From an uncultured Planctomycetota bacterium (GTDB lineage: Bacteria; Planctomycetota; PLA2; JAEUHO01), in the NCBI GenBank assembly GCA_963752285.1, contig CAVVXN010000005.1, positions 128,001 through 192,000 of the forward strand: 64,000 bases of DNA, read 5' to 3'. The first letter of the stretch is position 1; each line of letters opens with the position of its first letter. The notes below the pieces were generated by a model that was not told the DNA's origin, did no database searches, and saw nothing but the letters and a program-made list of their open reading frames with translations. Of this stretch, positions 50,284 to 61,549 are shown one piece after another. The translations under genes and the position numbers were made by a program.

Positions 50284-53200
50284 ATGCATCGGATCGTCCT
50301 CGCCTGCCTCGCCTCCCTGCTCGTCCTCTGCCTCGCGCCGGGCGTGGCTTCGGCCGCCGACGCGCCGACCGACGGCCTGCGCTACCCCTCCCTCACCCCG
50401 GACGGCCAGACCGTGGTCTTCGCGTACCGCGGCGACATCTGGGTCGCGGCGGTGGACGGGAAGGGCCCCGTCCGCCGGCTCACCATCCACGAGGCGCAAG
50501 ACACGCTGCCCCGCGTGAGCCCGGACGGGAAGCTCGTCGCCTTCGCCTCGCAGCGCGGCGGCGGCTACGACGTCTACGTGGTGCCGATCGACGGCGGCGT
50601 GCCGCGCCAGGTCACCTTCCACGGCGGCGCCGAGGTGGACTGCGACTGGTCGCCGGACGGGAAGCGGCTCCTCATCATGGCCGCGCGCACGCCGAGCCTG
50701 GAGGGGATGGACCTGTACGAGGTGGACGTGTCGGGCGGGACGCCGCGTCCCGTGACGGAGGACGGCGGTCGCGAGGGCTCGTGGCATCCCGACGGGAAGC
50801 GCGTCGTGTACGCGCGCGGGTTCAACACGATCTACCAGGACGACTACCAGGGCGGCGCGAACTACGACCTCTACACCGTCCCCGAGCCGGGCGCGCTGCC
50901 CGAGCGCCTCACCGAGACGCCCGGGAACGAGCGCTACCCCTGCTACTCGGCCGACGGCAGCACCATCTACTTCGTCGCCGAGGAGCACGGCGTCTCCGGC
51001 TTCTACGCGATGCCGGCGAGCGGCGGGCCGCGCAAGCGCCTCACGTCGTTCCGCGAGGACGTTCTCCGCCCGGACCTCGGCTGGGACGGGCACACGGTGG
51101 TGTTCGAGATGGGGGGACGGCTCTGTGTGACGGACCTCGCGTCGCCGAAGCCCGAGGCGCGCGCGCTGCCGATCATCGTCCGCTCGGACGTGCGCCACAG
51201 CGGCGTGGTGGAGCGGCGCCTGACGTCCGGACCGGAGCAGCTCGACGTGAGCCCCGACGGAACCACGCTGGTGTTCTCGGTCCACGGCGACCTGTGGACG
51301 ATGCCGGCGAGCGGCGGGGAGGGTCGGCGCCTGACGTCGGGTCCCGAGAACGACGAGTGGCCGCGATACAGCCCGGACGGCCGCAAGATCGCGTACCAGT
51401 CCGACAAGTCGGGCAACAGCGACATCTGGCTCCTCGACCTCGCGACGGGCAAGAAGACACAGCTCACGGACCACAAGTCCGACGACTTCTTCCACGCCTG
51501 GTCTCCGGACGGCCGGCGGATCGTGTTCGCCTCGGAGCGCAGCGGGAACCGAGACATCTGGTCGCTCGAGATCGAGAGCGGGCGGCTCGAGCAGCTCACG
51601 AAGGACCCCGCCCCGGACGACGACCCGTCGGTCAGCCCGGACGGCCGGTGGGTCGCCTTCGACTCCGGGCGCGACGGCGCGCAGTCGATCTACGTCATGC
51701 CGATCGACGGAGGCGACGCGCGGCGCGTGTCGCAGGGAACGACCTTCTTCCAGGTCCCGTCCTTCTCGCCGAACGGCGCGATGCTGCTCTTCGAGGCCTA
51801 CAACCCCGCGACGGGCGACTCGGGCGGGCTCTACGTCGCCTCGGCGCGCGGCGGCCCCGAGATGCAGGTCACGCAGGAGGGGACCGGCGGCCGGTGGGAC
51901 CCGAAGGGCGGCTGGGTCTACTACACGGTTCGCGGGGACGAGGGCACGAAGGTCTACCGTCACCCCGCGCCGACGTCGATCGACATGGGCGAGCCGGTCC
52001 CCTTCGAGGGCCGCGTCGATGTGGAAGTCCACGAAGAGCTGGGCCAGCTCTTCGACGAGATCTGGCAGCACCTGAAGGACGGGTTCTACGACCCGCGCAT
52101 GCACGGCGTGGACTGGGACGCGATGCGCCGGAAGTACCGGCCGCTCGCGGTGGACGCCGAGATCAAGGACGAGTTCCAGAACGTCGTGCGCCAGATGCTC
52201 GCCGAGCTCAAGGCGAGCCACCTCGGGATCTCGGGCGGCGAGGACGACGAGGCCGAGGGCGTGCGCCCCGAGGTCGTCGAGACCGGGCAGCTCGGCATGG
52301 AGCTCGACGCCGAGCCGCAGCGCGAGGGCGGGTACCGGGTCGCGAGCGTGGTGCCGGGCGGTCCCGCCGACCAGACCGGGCTCCGCGTCGGCGACGTGGT
52401 GACGGGTCTCGCGGGCAAGACCCTGAACGAGTCCGCGAACCTCGACAAGATCCTCGCCGGCACGGTCCACCACGAGGTGCCAATCGTGTTCCGCCCCCTG
52501 ACGGCCACCGGCCTCGAGCAGGAGCGGAAGGACACGCTGACGCCCGCGTCCTGGCAGGACATGGGCAACCTCGTGTACCGGAACTGGGTCGTCAAGAACC
52601 AGCGGAAGGTGCACGACGAGACGAAGGGCCAGGTGGGGTACATCCACCTCCAGGCGATGAACGGTCAGAACCTGATGCGGTTCCAACAGGCCGTCGCGGC
52701 GTGGAACCGCGACCGGCGCGTGAAGGCGATGATCCTCGACGTTCGTGACAACGGCGGCGGGAACATCCACCAGCAGCTCATGGAGGTGCTGATGGCCCGG
52801 CCGTTCATGCAGCTCCAGGCGCGCGAGACGGGGCAGCGCGTGACCCAGCCGGCGCTCTACTGGGACAAGCCGGTCGTGCTGCTCGTGAACGAGCGCTCGT
52901 TCTCGGACGCCGAGGTGTTCCCGTACGCGTTCCAGACGGCGAAGCTCGGGAAGATCGTCGGCATGCCGACGGCGGGCGGCGTGATCGGCACGAACGACAT
53001 CACGCTGTCCGACGGCTCGACGCTCCGGATCCCGCGCGTCGGCTGGTGGGGGATGGACGGGAAGGAGCTCGAGGGCCACGGGGTCGTGCCCGACCTCGTG
53101 GTGCCCGAGACGCCCGAGGACCGCCGTCTTGGCCGCGATCCGCAGCTCGCGTCCGCGATCGGGGTCGTGAAGCGCGAGATCGGCCAGGAGAAGCCGGCAC

Positions 53201-54270
53201 CCGAGGGCCCGAAGCCCGAGGGCCCGACGTCGAAGCCTCCCGTGCCGGCGACGCCCGAGCCCGAGACGCCGCCCAAGACGCCGCCCGCCGCCTCGCGCCA
53301 CGTGGCGGCGGACGCCGAGAACCCGCTCGCCGACGCCGTCGTGGGGGAGTGGGTGCGCTACCGCCTCTCCTTCGGGGGGACGGAGACCGTCGTCCGCTAC
53401 CAGGTCGCGGACGTCTCGAACGGCCAGGTGAGGATCGACCAGCAGGTCGAGTCGGGCGGCGCGTTCCTCCCGCCGATCCCGGACGAGGTCGCGCTCGAGC
53501 CGGTCGTGGAGCTGCTGAAGACGCTGGGCGACGTGACGAGCACGAGCCCGACCCGGGGCGTGGGGAGCGACGGGGAACGGCGGACCGCGCGGCTGGCTCT
53601 CACCTTCGCGTGGGGGGGCACGCCGATCGACCTCGTGTTCACGAACGACGTCCCCGTCCTCGGGTTGCTCAGCGCGTCGCTCCACGGGACGGTCGTGCTC
53701 GAGGCGATCGACTGGAGCGGTCGAGGTGCCGAGACGCCGGCGACGAGCCCGGAGCCGCCCGCCGAGTCGTCCGCGCCGCCGGGGGACGTGACGAGCCCGG
53801 GGAGCGGGTCCGCGGCGCCCGCGTCGTCGTCGGCCGCCGGCGCTACGGCCCCTCCGAACCCCCTGGACGACGCCCAGGTCGGCGAGTGGGCGCGGTATCG
53901 CCAGACGACGTCGCGAGGGGAGATCACGATCACGCTCGAGGTCACCCGCGTGGACGCGGACGAGGTCGGGGTGAAGGCGACGATCGAGCACCAGGGCCAG
54001 GTGGTCGAGGGCCCCGAGCGACAGCAGGCGAAGGGCGCGGGCTTCTCCTTCCGCGGCGCGGAGGACGTGACCTGGTCCGAGGAGGACCTGACCGTCGCGG
54101 GGAAGGACCTTCACTGTCGCGTCGCGACGTTCACCACGAGACGCGGCGGGACCACGAAGCGGTGGTTCTCGACCGAGATCCCCGTGGCCGGGCTCGTCCG
54201 CGAGGAACGGGACGGCAAGGTCGTGCGCGAGCTCCTCGCGTGGGGCACGGACGGCCGGCCTCGGGACTGA
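50284..54270 (+). CDS. Tricorn-like S41 peptidase (PD40/TolB propellers, PDZ, S41) with C-terminal extension
   Basis: Signal peptide, many SPDG repeats, ELKASH, PDZ (GGPA..GLRVGD), GYIHL, DVRDNGGG, SFSDAE and EGHGVVPD. Confidence 0.92.
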   Translation: MHRIVLACLASLLVLCLAPGVASAADAPTDGLRYPSLTPDGQTVVFAYRGDIWVAAVDGKGPVRRLTIHEAQDTLPRVSPDGKLVAFASQRGGGYDVYVVPIDGGVPRQVTFHGGAEVDCDWSPDGKRLLIMAARTPSLEGMDLYEVDVSGGTPRPVTEDGGREGSWHPDGKRVVYARGFNTIYQDDYQGGANYDLYTVPEPGALPERLTETPGNERYPCYSADGSTIYFVAEEHGVSGFYAMPASGGPRKRLTSFREDVLRPDLGWDGHTVVFEMGGRLCVTDLASPKPEARALPIIVRSDVRHSGVVERRLTSGPEQLDVSPDGTTLVFSVHGDLWTMPASGGEGRRLTSGPENDEWPRYSPDGRKIAYQSDKSGNSDIWLLDLATGKKTQLTDHKSDDFFHAWSPDGRRIVFASERSGNRDIWSLEIESGRLEQLTKDPAPDDDPSVSPDGRWVAFDSGRDGAQSIYVMPIDGGDARRVSQGTTFFQVPSFSPNGAMLLFEAYNPATGDSGGLYVASARGGPEMQVTQEGTGGRWDPKGGWVYYTVRGDEGTKVYRHPAPTSIDMGEPVPFEGRVDVEVHEELGQLFDEIWQHLKDGFYDPRMHGVDWDAMRRKYRPLAVDAEIKDEFQNVVRQMLAELKASHLGISGGEDDEAEGVRPEVVETGQLGMELDAEPQREGGYRVASVVPGGPADQTGLRVGDVVTGLAGKTLNESANLDKILAGTVHHEVPIVFRPLTATGLEQERKDTLTPASWQDMGNLVYRNWVVKNQRKVHDETKGQVGYIHLQAMNGQNLMRFQQAVAAWNRDRRVKAMILDVRDNGGGNIHQQLMEVLMARPFMQLQARETGQRVTQPALYWDKPVVLLVNERSFSDAEVFPYAFQTAKLGKIVGMPTAGGVIGTNDITLSDGSTLRIPRVGWWGMDGKELEGHGVVPDLVVPETPEDRRLGRDPQLASAIGVVKREIGQEKPAPEGPKPEGPTSKPPVPATPEPETPPKTPPAASRHVAADAENPLADAVVGEWVRYRLSFGGTETVVRYQVADVSNGQVRIDQQVESGGAFLPPIPDEVALEPVVELLKTLGDVTSTSPTRGVGSDGERRTARLALTFAWGGTPIDLVFTNDVPVLGLLSASLHGTVVLEAIDWSGRGAETPATSPEPPAESSAPPGDVTSPGSGSAAPASSSAAGATAPPNPLDDAQVGEWARYRQTTSRGEITITLEVTRVDADEVGVKATIEHQGQVVEGPERQQAKGAGFSFRGAEDVTWSEEDLTVAGKDLHCRVATFTTRRGGTTKRWFSTEIPVAGLVREERDGKVVRELLAWGTDGRPRD

Positions 54271-54407
54271 CCGCCCCGCCCCCCGGGCCTCCGCCGCCCG
54301 GCCCCCACCCCCGGGGCGGGGGGGCCGTGGACCGCCCCGCATGGCACGCGGACGCCGGTCGCCGTCCGGATCGTGCGTGCCGGCGCGCCCGGCGTTAGAA
54401 ACGAGGC

Positions 54408-56393
54408 GTGAGAAGCGTTCGGATCGCCGTGTGGATCCTCGTTGCCGCCGTCGCGGGCGCGCACGAGGCTTGGGCGCACGGGGGGCAGTTCCTGCCGCCG
54501 CCCCCGCCGGTCGGCATGCCGCCCACCCTCGTCCCGCCCACGCCGCCTGCCCTGACGCCCGGCGGCCCCGCGCCGCGTCCCACGACCCCCGGCACCGTGC
54601 CGCCGCCCGTGACGACGCCGACGCTTCCCACGTCCTCCGCGCCGGGCTTGAGGCGCGGGCGCACGGCGCCCACCGACCCGAACGCCTCGTGGGAGACGTG
54701 GTGGACGCTCGACCGGCTCGTGTGGCTGCCCGACCGGCGCGAGGCGTTCGCGCGAAACCCCACGACGCCGACCGAGGGGGGGGACCCGGACGCGTGGGCG
54801 CGCCGGCGCGCCGAGATCGCCGAGCGGGAGGTCGTGCCGATCCTGAGATCGCTCGTCGATCCCGCGCACCGCGTGCGTGACGACGTCCGCGGTTCCGCCC
54901 TGATCGCCCTCGCGCGGGTGGGGCGCGCGCCGGAGGACCTCGATCGCGTGCTCGCGTGGCTCGAGGACGAGCGCGCGCCCGACCTGGTTCGCGAGTCCGC
55001 CGCCATCGCGGTGGGACTCCGGCGGCGGAGCGATCCCTCCTGTCAGCTCGACGGCACGCGCCTCGACACGGCGCGCGAACGCCTGTTCGCCGTGTTCGAC
55101 GACGGGCACGCGCCGAGGCGGACGCGGGCGTTCTCGGCGCTTTCGCTCGGCCTACTCGCCGACCAGCCGTACGGCGACTCGTACACGAAGGAGGGCCGAC
55201 TCGTGGGGCGCGGGCTCTGGCTGCGCCTCGCGGGGCAGGACTCCGACACGGAGCTCACCGTCGCCCTCCTGACCGCGCTGGGGATGCAGCCCGTGGGGTC
55301 CGTCCCGGACGGCGTGCAGGAGGAGCTCACCTCGCTCGTGTTCGGGCGGCGCGCGCTGCACAGGCGCTGGAGCGCCGTCGAGCGGGGCCACGCCGCGGCG
55401 GCGCGCCTGCGGCTCGGCGGGCCGGGGACGGAGGCGCTCGTCGAGCGGTTCCTGATGGCGCGACGGCTTCCGAAGGAGATCGCGCAGGCGACGTTCGTCT
55501 CGTTCGCCCGCGTCGCCCCGCGGCTTCCGGCGTCGTCCCGCGTCGAGGTCGCGCGCGCGCTCGCCGTCGCGATCGACGGCGCGCACGACCCGCTCACGCG
55601 CGGCCTCGGGTACCTCGCGTGCGGGCACCTCCTGGGCGCGGAGGCCGCGGAGGGGGCGGACGACGTGCTCCAGGCGACCGACATCGACCATGACCTGGAG
55701 CTCCAGGCGAAGGGCGGTGCGCGCCCCTCGCGCGGGTTCGCGATCCTCGGGCTCGCGCTCGCCTGTCACGGCGCGAACCCCCGGACGCGCGCCGCGACGG
55801 CCTTCCTGGCGGCGTCCCGCGCCCTCCTCGCAGACCTCCTCCCACGGGAGAGCGACCCCGAGATCCAGGGCGCCCTGGCGGCCGCTGCCGGCCTCGCGGG
55901 CGCCGACGACGCGCGCCCCGCGCTCCGCGCGCTCCTGGGGGACCGCCACGGGACGCCCTCGGTACGGGGGCACGCCGCGGTCGCTCTGGCCTCGCTCGGC
56001 GACGGGGGCCCGGACACCGTCCGCCTGCTCCACCTCGCCGCCGCGGAGCGGAACCACCCCGAGCTCGGGGCCGAGGCCGCGCTCGCGCTCGCCCTCCTCG
56101 GGGGGCGCGCGGCGTTGACGCCGCTGCTCCAGGAGCTGTCCTCCGCGAAGACCGAGATCGCGACGGCCGCCGTCGTGCTCGCGCTCGGACGCCTCGGCGA
56201 CCCCGGCGCCGTGGGCCCGCTGGGTGAGCGCGCCGCGGACGACTCGCTCTCCGAGGCGCAGCGCGCGCTCGCCGTCGTCGCCCTGGGCCTCGTCGTGGAA
56301 CCCGAGCCGCGCCCGAGCCTCCTCCACCTGACCTTCGGGGGCTTCTACGTGGGACGGACGGACGCGCTGCACGAGGCGTACGGAATCCTGTGA
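54408..56393 (+). CDS. Secreted HEAT-repeat protein with Pro/Thr-rich N-terminus
   Basis: Signal peptide ending AWA-HGGQF, a Pro-rich linker, WETWW and repeated VR.SA.IALG / RGHAAVALA units. Confidence 0.75.
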   Translation: MRSVRIAVWILVAAVAGAHEAWAHGGQFLPPPPPVGMPPTLVPPTPPALTPGGPAPRPTTPGTVPPPVTTPTLPTSSAPGLRRGRTAPTDPNASWETWWTLDRLVWLPDRREAFARNPTTPTEGGDPDAWARRRAEIAEREVVPILRSLVDPAHRVRDDVRGSALIALARVGRAPEDLDRVLAWLEDERAPDLVRESAAIAVGLRRRSDPSCQLDGTRLDTARERLFAVFDDGHAPRRTRAFSALSLGLLADQPYGDSYTKEGRLVGRGLWLRLAGQDSDTELTVALLTALGMQPVGSVPDGVQEELTSLVFGRRALHRRWSAVERGHAAAARLRLGGPGTEALVERFLMARRLPKEIAQATFVSFARVAPRLPASSRVEVARALAVAIDGAHDPLTRGLGYLACGHLLGAEAAEGADDVLQATDIDHDLELQAKGGARPSRGFAILGLALACHGANPRTRAATAFLAASRALLADLLPRESDPEIQGALAAAAGLAGADDARPALRALLGDRHGTPSVRGHAAVALASLGDGGPDTVRLLHLAAAERNHPELGAEAALALALLGGRAALTPLLQELSSAKTEIATAAVVLALGRLGDPGAVGPLGERAADDSLSEAQRALAVVALGLVVEPEPRPSLLHLTFGGFYVGRTDALHEAYGIL

Positions 56394-57277
56394 CTACCCG
56401 AGCGCGGCCTGCCGGGGCCGCGGGGCCCTCGGGCCGCGCGGTCCGGCGGGTCCTCTCTGTGGGAGGAACCGTCTTCCTCCTGCTCGTGGTCGCGGGGGTG
56501 CTCTTCCGCGTGTTCGGCATCGAACGTCGGTTCCTGTACCACCCCGACCGCCTCGTCGCGCGTACGCCCCGCGACGTCGGCCTCGCGTACGACGACGCGA
56601 CGTTTCCCGCCGCGGACGGGACGCGCCTCCACGGATGGTGGGTCCCCGCCGAGGGCGCGCGCCTGACCGTGGTCTGGTGTCACGGCAACGCGGGCAACAT
56701 CTCGGGACGCGTGGGCAACCTCGCGCTCCTGCACCGCCGTCTCGGCGTGAACGTCCTCCTCTTCGACTACCGCGGGTATGGCCGGAGCGACGGGACCCTC
56801 TCCGACCTCGACGAGCGGGCCACCTCCGCCGACGTGGAGGGCGCGCGCGCTTTCGCGCGCTCGCGGCCGGACGCGCGGGGGACGCGCCTCGTACTCTTCG
56901 GCCGGTCGCTCGGGGCGGCGGTCGCGCTCGCGGAGGCCGTCCGGGATCCGCCCGACGGCCTTGTGCTCGAGTCGCCGTTCACGTCGGTCGCCGCCATGGC
57001 CCGGGGGATCCTCCCGCTCGTCCCCTGGGGCCTCGTCCTCTCCTCGCGCTACGACTCGCTCCGGCGGGTCGGGGCGCTCCGCGCGCCGCTGCTGCTGGTC
57101 CACGGCGACCGGGACGAGGTCGTGCCGTTCGAGATGGGTCGGCGGCTCTTCGACGCCGCGCCCGAGCCCAAGACGTTCCTCCGCGTGGCGGGCGGGGGGC
57201 ACGACGACCTCGCGGAGGTGGGGGGCGAGGCGTACGTGGAGGCCTGGACGCGCTTCCTCGAGGCGATCGGGCCCTGA
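56390..57277 (+). CDS. Alpha/beta hydrolase (ABHD13/17-like)
   Basis: Motifs HGNAGN, DYRGYG.S.G, nucleophile GRSLG, HGDRDEVVP and GGGH. Confidence 0.92.
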   Translation: MTTRARPAGAAGPSGRAVRRVLSVGGTVFLLLVVAGVLFRVFGIERRFLYHPDRLVARTPRDVGLAYDDATFPAADGTRLHGWWVPAEGARLTVVWCHGNAGNISGRVGNLALLHRRLGVNVLLFDYRGYGRSDGTLSDLDERATSADVEGARAFARSRPDARGTRLVLFGRSLGAAVALAEAVRDPPDGLVLESPFTSVAAMARGILPLVPWGLVLSSRYDSLRRVGALRAPLLLVHGDRDEVVPFEMGRRLFDAAPEPKTFLRVAGGGHDDLAEVGGEAYVEAWTRFLEAIGP

Positions 57278-57307
57278 CGGGGCGGGGGCCTTGGGACGCC
57301 GAGGTCC

Positions 57308-59473
<2,166 letters not shown>

Positions 59474-59509
59474 GGGGATTCCTCGCGAAGTCAGGGGACG
59501 AATCGCACG

Positions 59510-59537
59510 ACCGTAGAGGGAGGCCGGGCTCCGTCAA
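59510..59537 (-). promoter_or_regulatory. Putative sigma70 promoter for EF-G paralog
   Basis: Minus-strand TTGACG-16nt-TACGGT, followed by a GAGG RBS and the ATG at 59473. Confidence 0.55.
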
Positions 59538-59675
59538 CCTTTCCCACCTCCCCGGATCCGGGTTTCTCCGCCCCTTCACGGGGGCGTGCGCCCGGTCGTG
59601 CTCGCGGCGCCTTCCGGAGGCGTGTCCCCCGGGGGTGCGAGACTGTCCGCGCCGCACGCGGAGGAGGCCCACGGG

Positions 59676-61355
59676 ATGTGGCACGACCCCGACGACCGCC
59701 TCCAGAAGGCCGTGGACCGGTTCGAGGAAGGCGACGTCGAGACCGCGCGGTCCATGCTCCGCGCGCTCGACCGACTCGGCGTCCTGAGCCCGCGGATCGA
59801 CCTGTACCTGGCGCACTGCCACCTCGAGGACGACCGTCCCCGGGCGGCGCTACGGCGCTACCGGCGCGCCCTCGGGCTCGACCCCCGCGAGGCCTCGGCG
59901 TGGGTGGGCGTCGCGCTCTGCCACGGCCGGCTCGGCCGGCTCGAGAGCGCGGTCGAGGCGCTCGAGCGCGCGCGGCGCCTCGACCCCGACCGCGAGGACG
60001 TCCACTGCCACCTCGCGCACTGCCACGCGCTTCTCGGAGACCTCGCGGCCGCAAAGGCGCACGCCGAGCACGCGATTCGTCGCGACCCCACGTGCCCCCA
60101 CGTCCACCGGCACCTCGCGGTGGCGCACCTCCTGAACGGAGATCCCGCGCAGGGTCTCGCGTGCTGGAAGGAGGTCCTGGCGCGCGACCCCGCTCATCCC
60201 GAAGCGGACGTGGGCGTCGGGAGGTGCCTGGCCGCGCTCGGGCGGCGGGCGGAGGCCCGCCGGCGGTTCCTCGCGGCGCTGGACGGCGACTACGCCGCCG
60301 ACGCGCACGCGGGCCTCGGCCAGATCGCCTGGGGCGAGGGGCGGATCGAGGACGCGGTCGTCCACTTCCGGGGCGCCGTCCATGCGGACCCCGATCACGC
60401 CGACGCGCGACTGCGCCTCGCCGAGACGCTCGCCGAGCTGGGGCAGGTCGCCGAGGCGTGGACCGCGATCGAGCCGCTCTCGACCTCGTGGGACACAGGG
60501 CCCGAGGCGGAGGACGTGGCCGACCTGGAGGTGGCGGAGGCCGCGGCGCGGATCCGCCGGCTCGGGGGCCGGCCCGCCGAGGGTCTCCGGCTGCTCCGCG
60601 CGCTCTGGGCCCGGAGTCCCGGCGCCGTGGACCGCGCCGTCGCGGTCGGGCGCTATCTGCTCGAGGCCCGACGCCCGGCCGCGGCGCGCCGCGTGCTCGC
60701 CCCCGCCGCCGAGCGGGAGCGTCGAGCGCGCGGGGCGCTCGGTGCGTCGGCCACGCGTCTCCTGGCGCGGGCGCTGGGGCGCGTCGGGCGGGCGCGCGAG
60801 GCGATCCCCCTCCTCTCCAAGGCGGCGGATCTCGCGCCCGGGGCCGAGGAGCTGCAGCTCGACCTGGCGGCGGCGCACCTCGCGGTCGGCCGGCCCGCGC
60901 GCGCCGAGCGTGCGCTTCTGCGCGCGCTCGGGCGCGCGCCGGGGCTCGCGGGCCTCTGGGCCGCCGCCGCGGAGCTCGCCATCGAGGACGATCGTCCCGA
61001 AGCCGCCCGCGCTCGGATCCGGCGCGCGCTCGCGCTGGACCGCCGCCACGGGCTCGGGCTCGCCCTCCTGACCCGGTATCTCGTCGAGCGCGGGAGCTGG
61101 CTTCGGGCGGTCCACGCCGCCCGCGCCGCGAGCCGCGTCCTTCCCCGGGACCACGCGGTCGTGAAGCACCTGGCTGAGGGCCTGCTGGGACTCGGCTGGG
61201 CCGGAGAGGCCATCCTGCCCCTCCGGCGGTACGTCCTGGCCCAGCCCGGGGACCCGGAGGGATACCGGCTCCTCGGGCGTGCGCTCGAGGCCACGGGCGA
61301 CGCCCCGGGCGCGAGCCTGCAACGGCGCCTTTCTCGAGCGGCGGTGCTAGCCTGA
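59676..61355 (+). CDS. Tetratricopeptide repeat protein
   Basis: GAGGAGG RBS and repeated TPR consensus (AL.LDP...AW..LA...G..E.A). Confidence 0.85.
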   Translation: MWHDPDDRLQKAVDRFEEGDVETARSMLRALDRLGVLSPRIDLYLAHCHLEDDRPRAALRRYRRALGLDPREASAWVGVALCHGRLGRLESAVEALERARRLDPDREDVHCHLAHCHALLGDLAAAKAHAEHAIRRDPTCPHVHRHLAVAHLLNGDPAQGLACWKEVLARDPAHPEADVGVGRCLAALGRRAEARRRFLAALDGDYAADAHAGLGQIAWGEGRIEDAVVHFRGAVHADPDHADARLRLAETLAELGQVAEAWTAIEPLSTSWDTGPEAEDVADLEVAEAAARIRRLGGRPAEGLRLLRALWARSPGAVDRAVAVGRYLLEARRPAAARRVLAPAAERERRARGALGASATRLLARALGRVGRAREAIPLLSKAADLAPGAEELQLDLAAAHLAVGRPARAERALLRALGRAPGLAGLWAAAAELAIEDDRPEAARARIRRALALDRRHGLGLALLTRYLVERGSWLRAVHAARAASRVLPRDHAVVKHLAEGLLGLGWAGEAILPLRRYVLAQPGDPEGYRLLGRALEATGDAPGASLQRRLSRAAVLA

Positions 61356-61497
61356 TGGCCCCAGCAGGTGACGCCCGGGCGCTCCGGACGTGGGAATGGA
61401 CCAGGTGCCCGAGAGATTCCGCACGCCGGGGGGCACGCATCCGAGCGGGGTGCGCGTGCTCAGGCCCCGGAAACAAGCCTCTGGAAGCCGTTTGTGG

Positions 61498-61514
61498 CTG
61501 GCAACGGGTTTGCG
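61498..61514 (+). promoter_or_regulatory. Putative sigma54 (-24/-12) promoter
   Basis: CTGGCAACGGGTTTGCG has exact GG-N10-GC spacing and lies about 36 nt upstream of the ATG at 61550. Confidence 0.5.
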
Positions 61515-61549
61515 TTAGCATCCAGGGTTGCCCGGTCGGGAGATCGCCC

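Noticed and set aside
54341..54356. Sigma54 promoter at TGGCACG
   Set aside because: There is no GC at the required GG-N10-GC position.
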